Part shown: positions 63,713 through 64,000 of the stretch, in pieces
Position numbering within the stretch: the stretch's first letter is position 1
Layout: the number at the start of each line of letters is the position of its first letter
Source: Octopus vulgaris
Taxonomy: Eukaryota
Length of the DNA: 64,000 nucleotides
Assembly: GCA_951406725.2 (NCBI GenBank)
Contig: OX597816.1
Coordinates: 142,042,001 to 142,106,000 of the forward strand
Reading direction: 5' to 3'
Notes under the pieces: generated by a model
What the model was told of the DNA's origin: nothing
Databases searched by the model: none
Seen by the model: only the letters and a program-made list of their open reading frames with translations
Position numbers and translations under genes: made by a program

Positions 63713-64000
63713 TGATGCTTCTTAGGTCCAACTTTTCTCTCAAGGTACTTACACTGTTGAGTATGCACACTGACATTACACATCCATCGGATCACCCTGG
63801 TTTCATTCCTTGCAAGCTTACACATGTCCTCAGCAATCACGGCCCATGTTTCACTGCCATGTAGCATGGCTGTTCATACACATGCATCATACAGTCTACC
63901 TTTTACTCTGAGCAAGAGGCCCTTTGTCACCAGCAGAGGTAAGAGCTCTCTGAACTTTGCCCAGGCTATTCTTATTCTAGCAGCTACACTTTCAGCACAC
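63713..64000 (-). mobile_element. RTE LINE fragment (family of 16740-18386), runs off the window edge
   Basis: MLHGSETWAVIAEDMCKLARNE..RWMCNVSVHTQQ matches the 16848 ORF. Confidence 0.9.

Overview
This is AT-rich, microsatellite-laden animal genomic DNA, not prokaryotic. The repeat repertoire suggests an octopod cephalopod, which is an inference. I found no convincing host protein-coding exon, rRNA, true tRNA gene or CRISPR array. The window is essentially a nested transposon graveyard. Retroelements include an internally deleted Ty3/Gypsy (Mag-like) copy with PPT and 3' LTR, young and old RTE LINEs, a CR1-type LINE with its 3' end inverted, an R4/Dong-type endonuclease remnant, a Penelope-like element (RT + GIY-YIG) and three tRNA-derived SINE families, one forming a ~3 kb array. 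DNA elements include a full-length decayed mariner, a Tc1 remnant, piggyBac and hAT MITEs, two non-autonomous Helitrons and a Helentron-like element. There is also a young ~360-bp tandem repeat. The most notable unannotated signal is a series of minimal type-I hammerhead-ribozyme motifs (CUGANGA...GAAAC...GUH) in short non-coding elements sitting in (TA)n tracts. Two of them form the axis of long fold-back palindromes, and one has been split by a Helitron. Nearly all long ORFs in the ORF track are (TA)n/(CA)n/(GA)n translation artefacts. Coordinates of old elements are approximate and all calls were made by eye.
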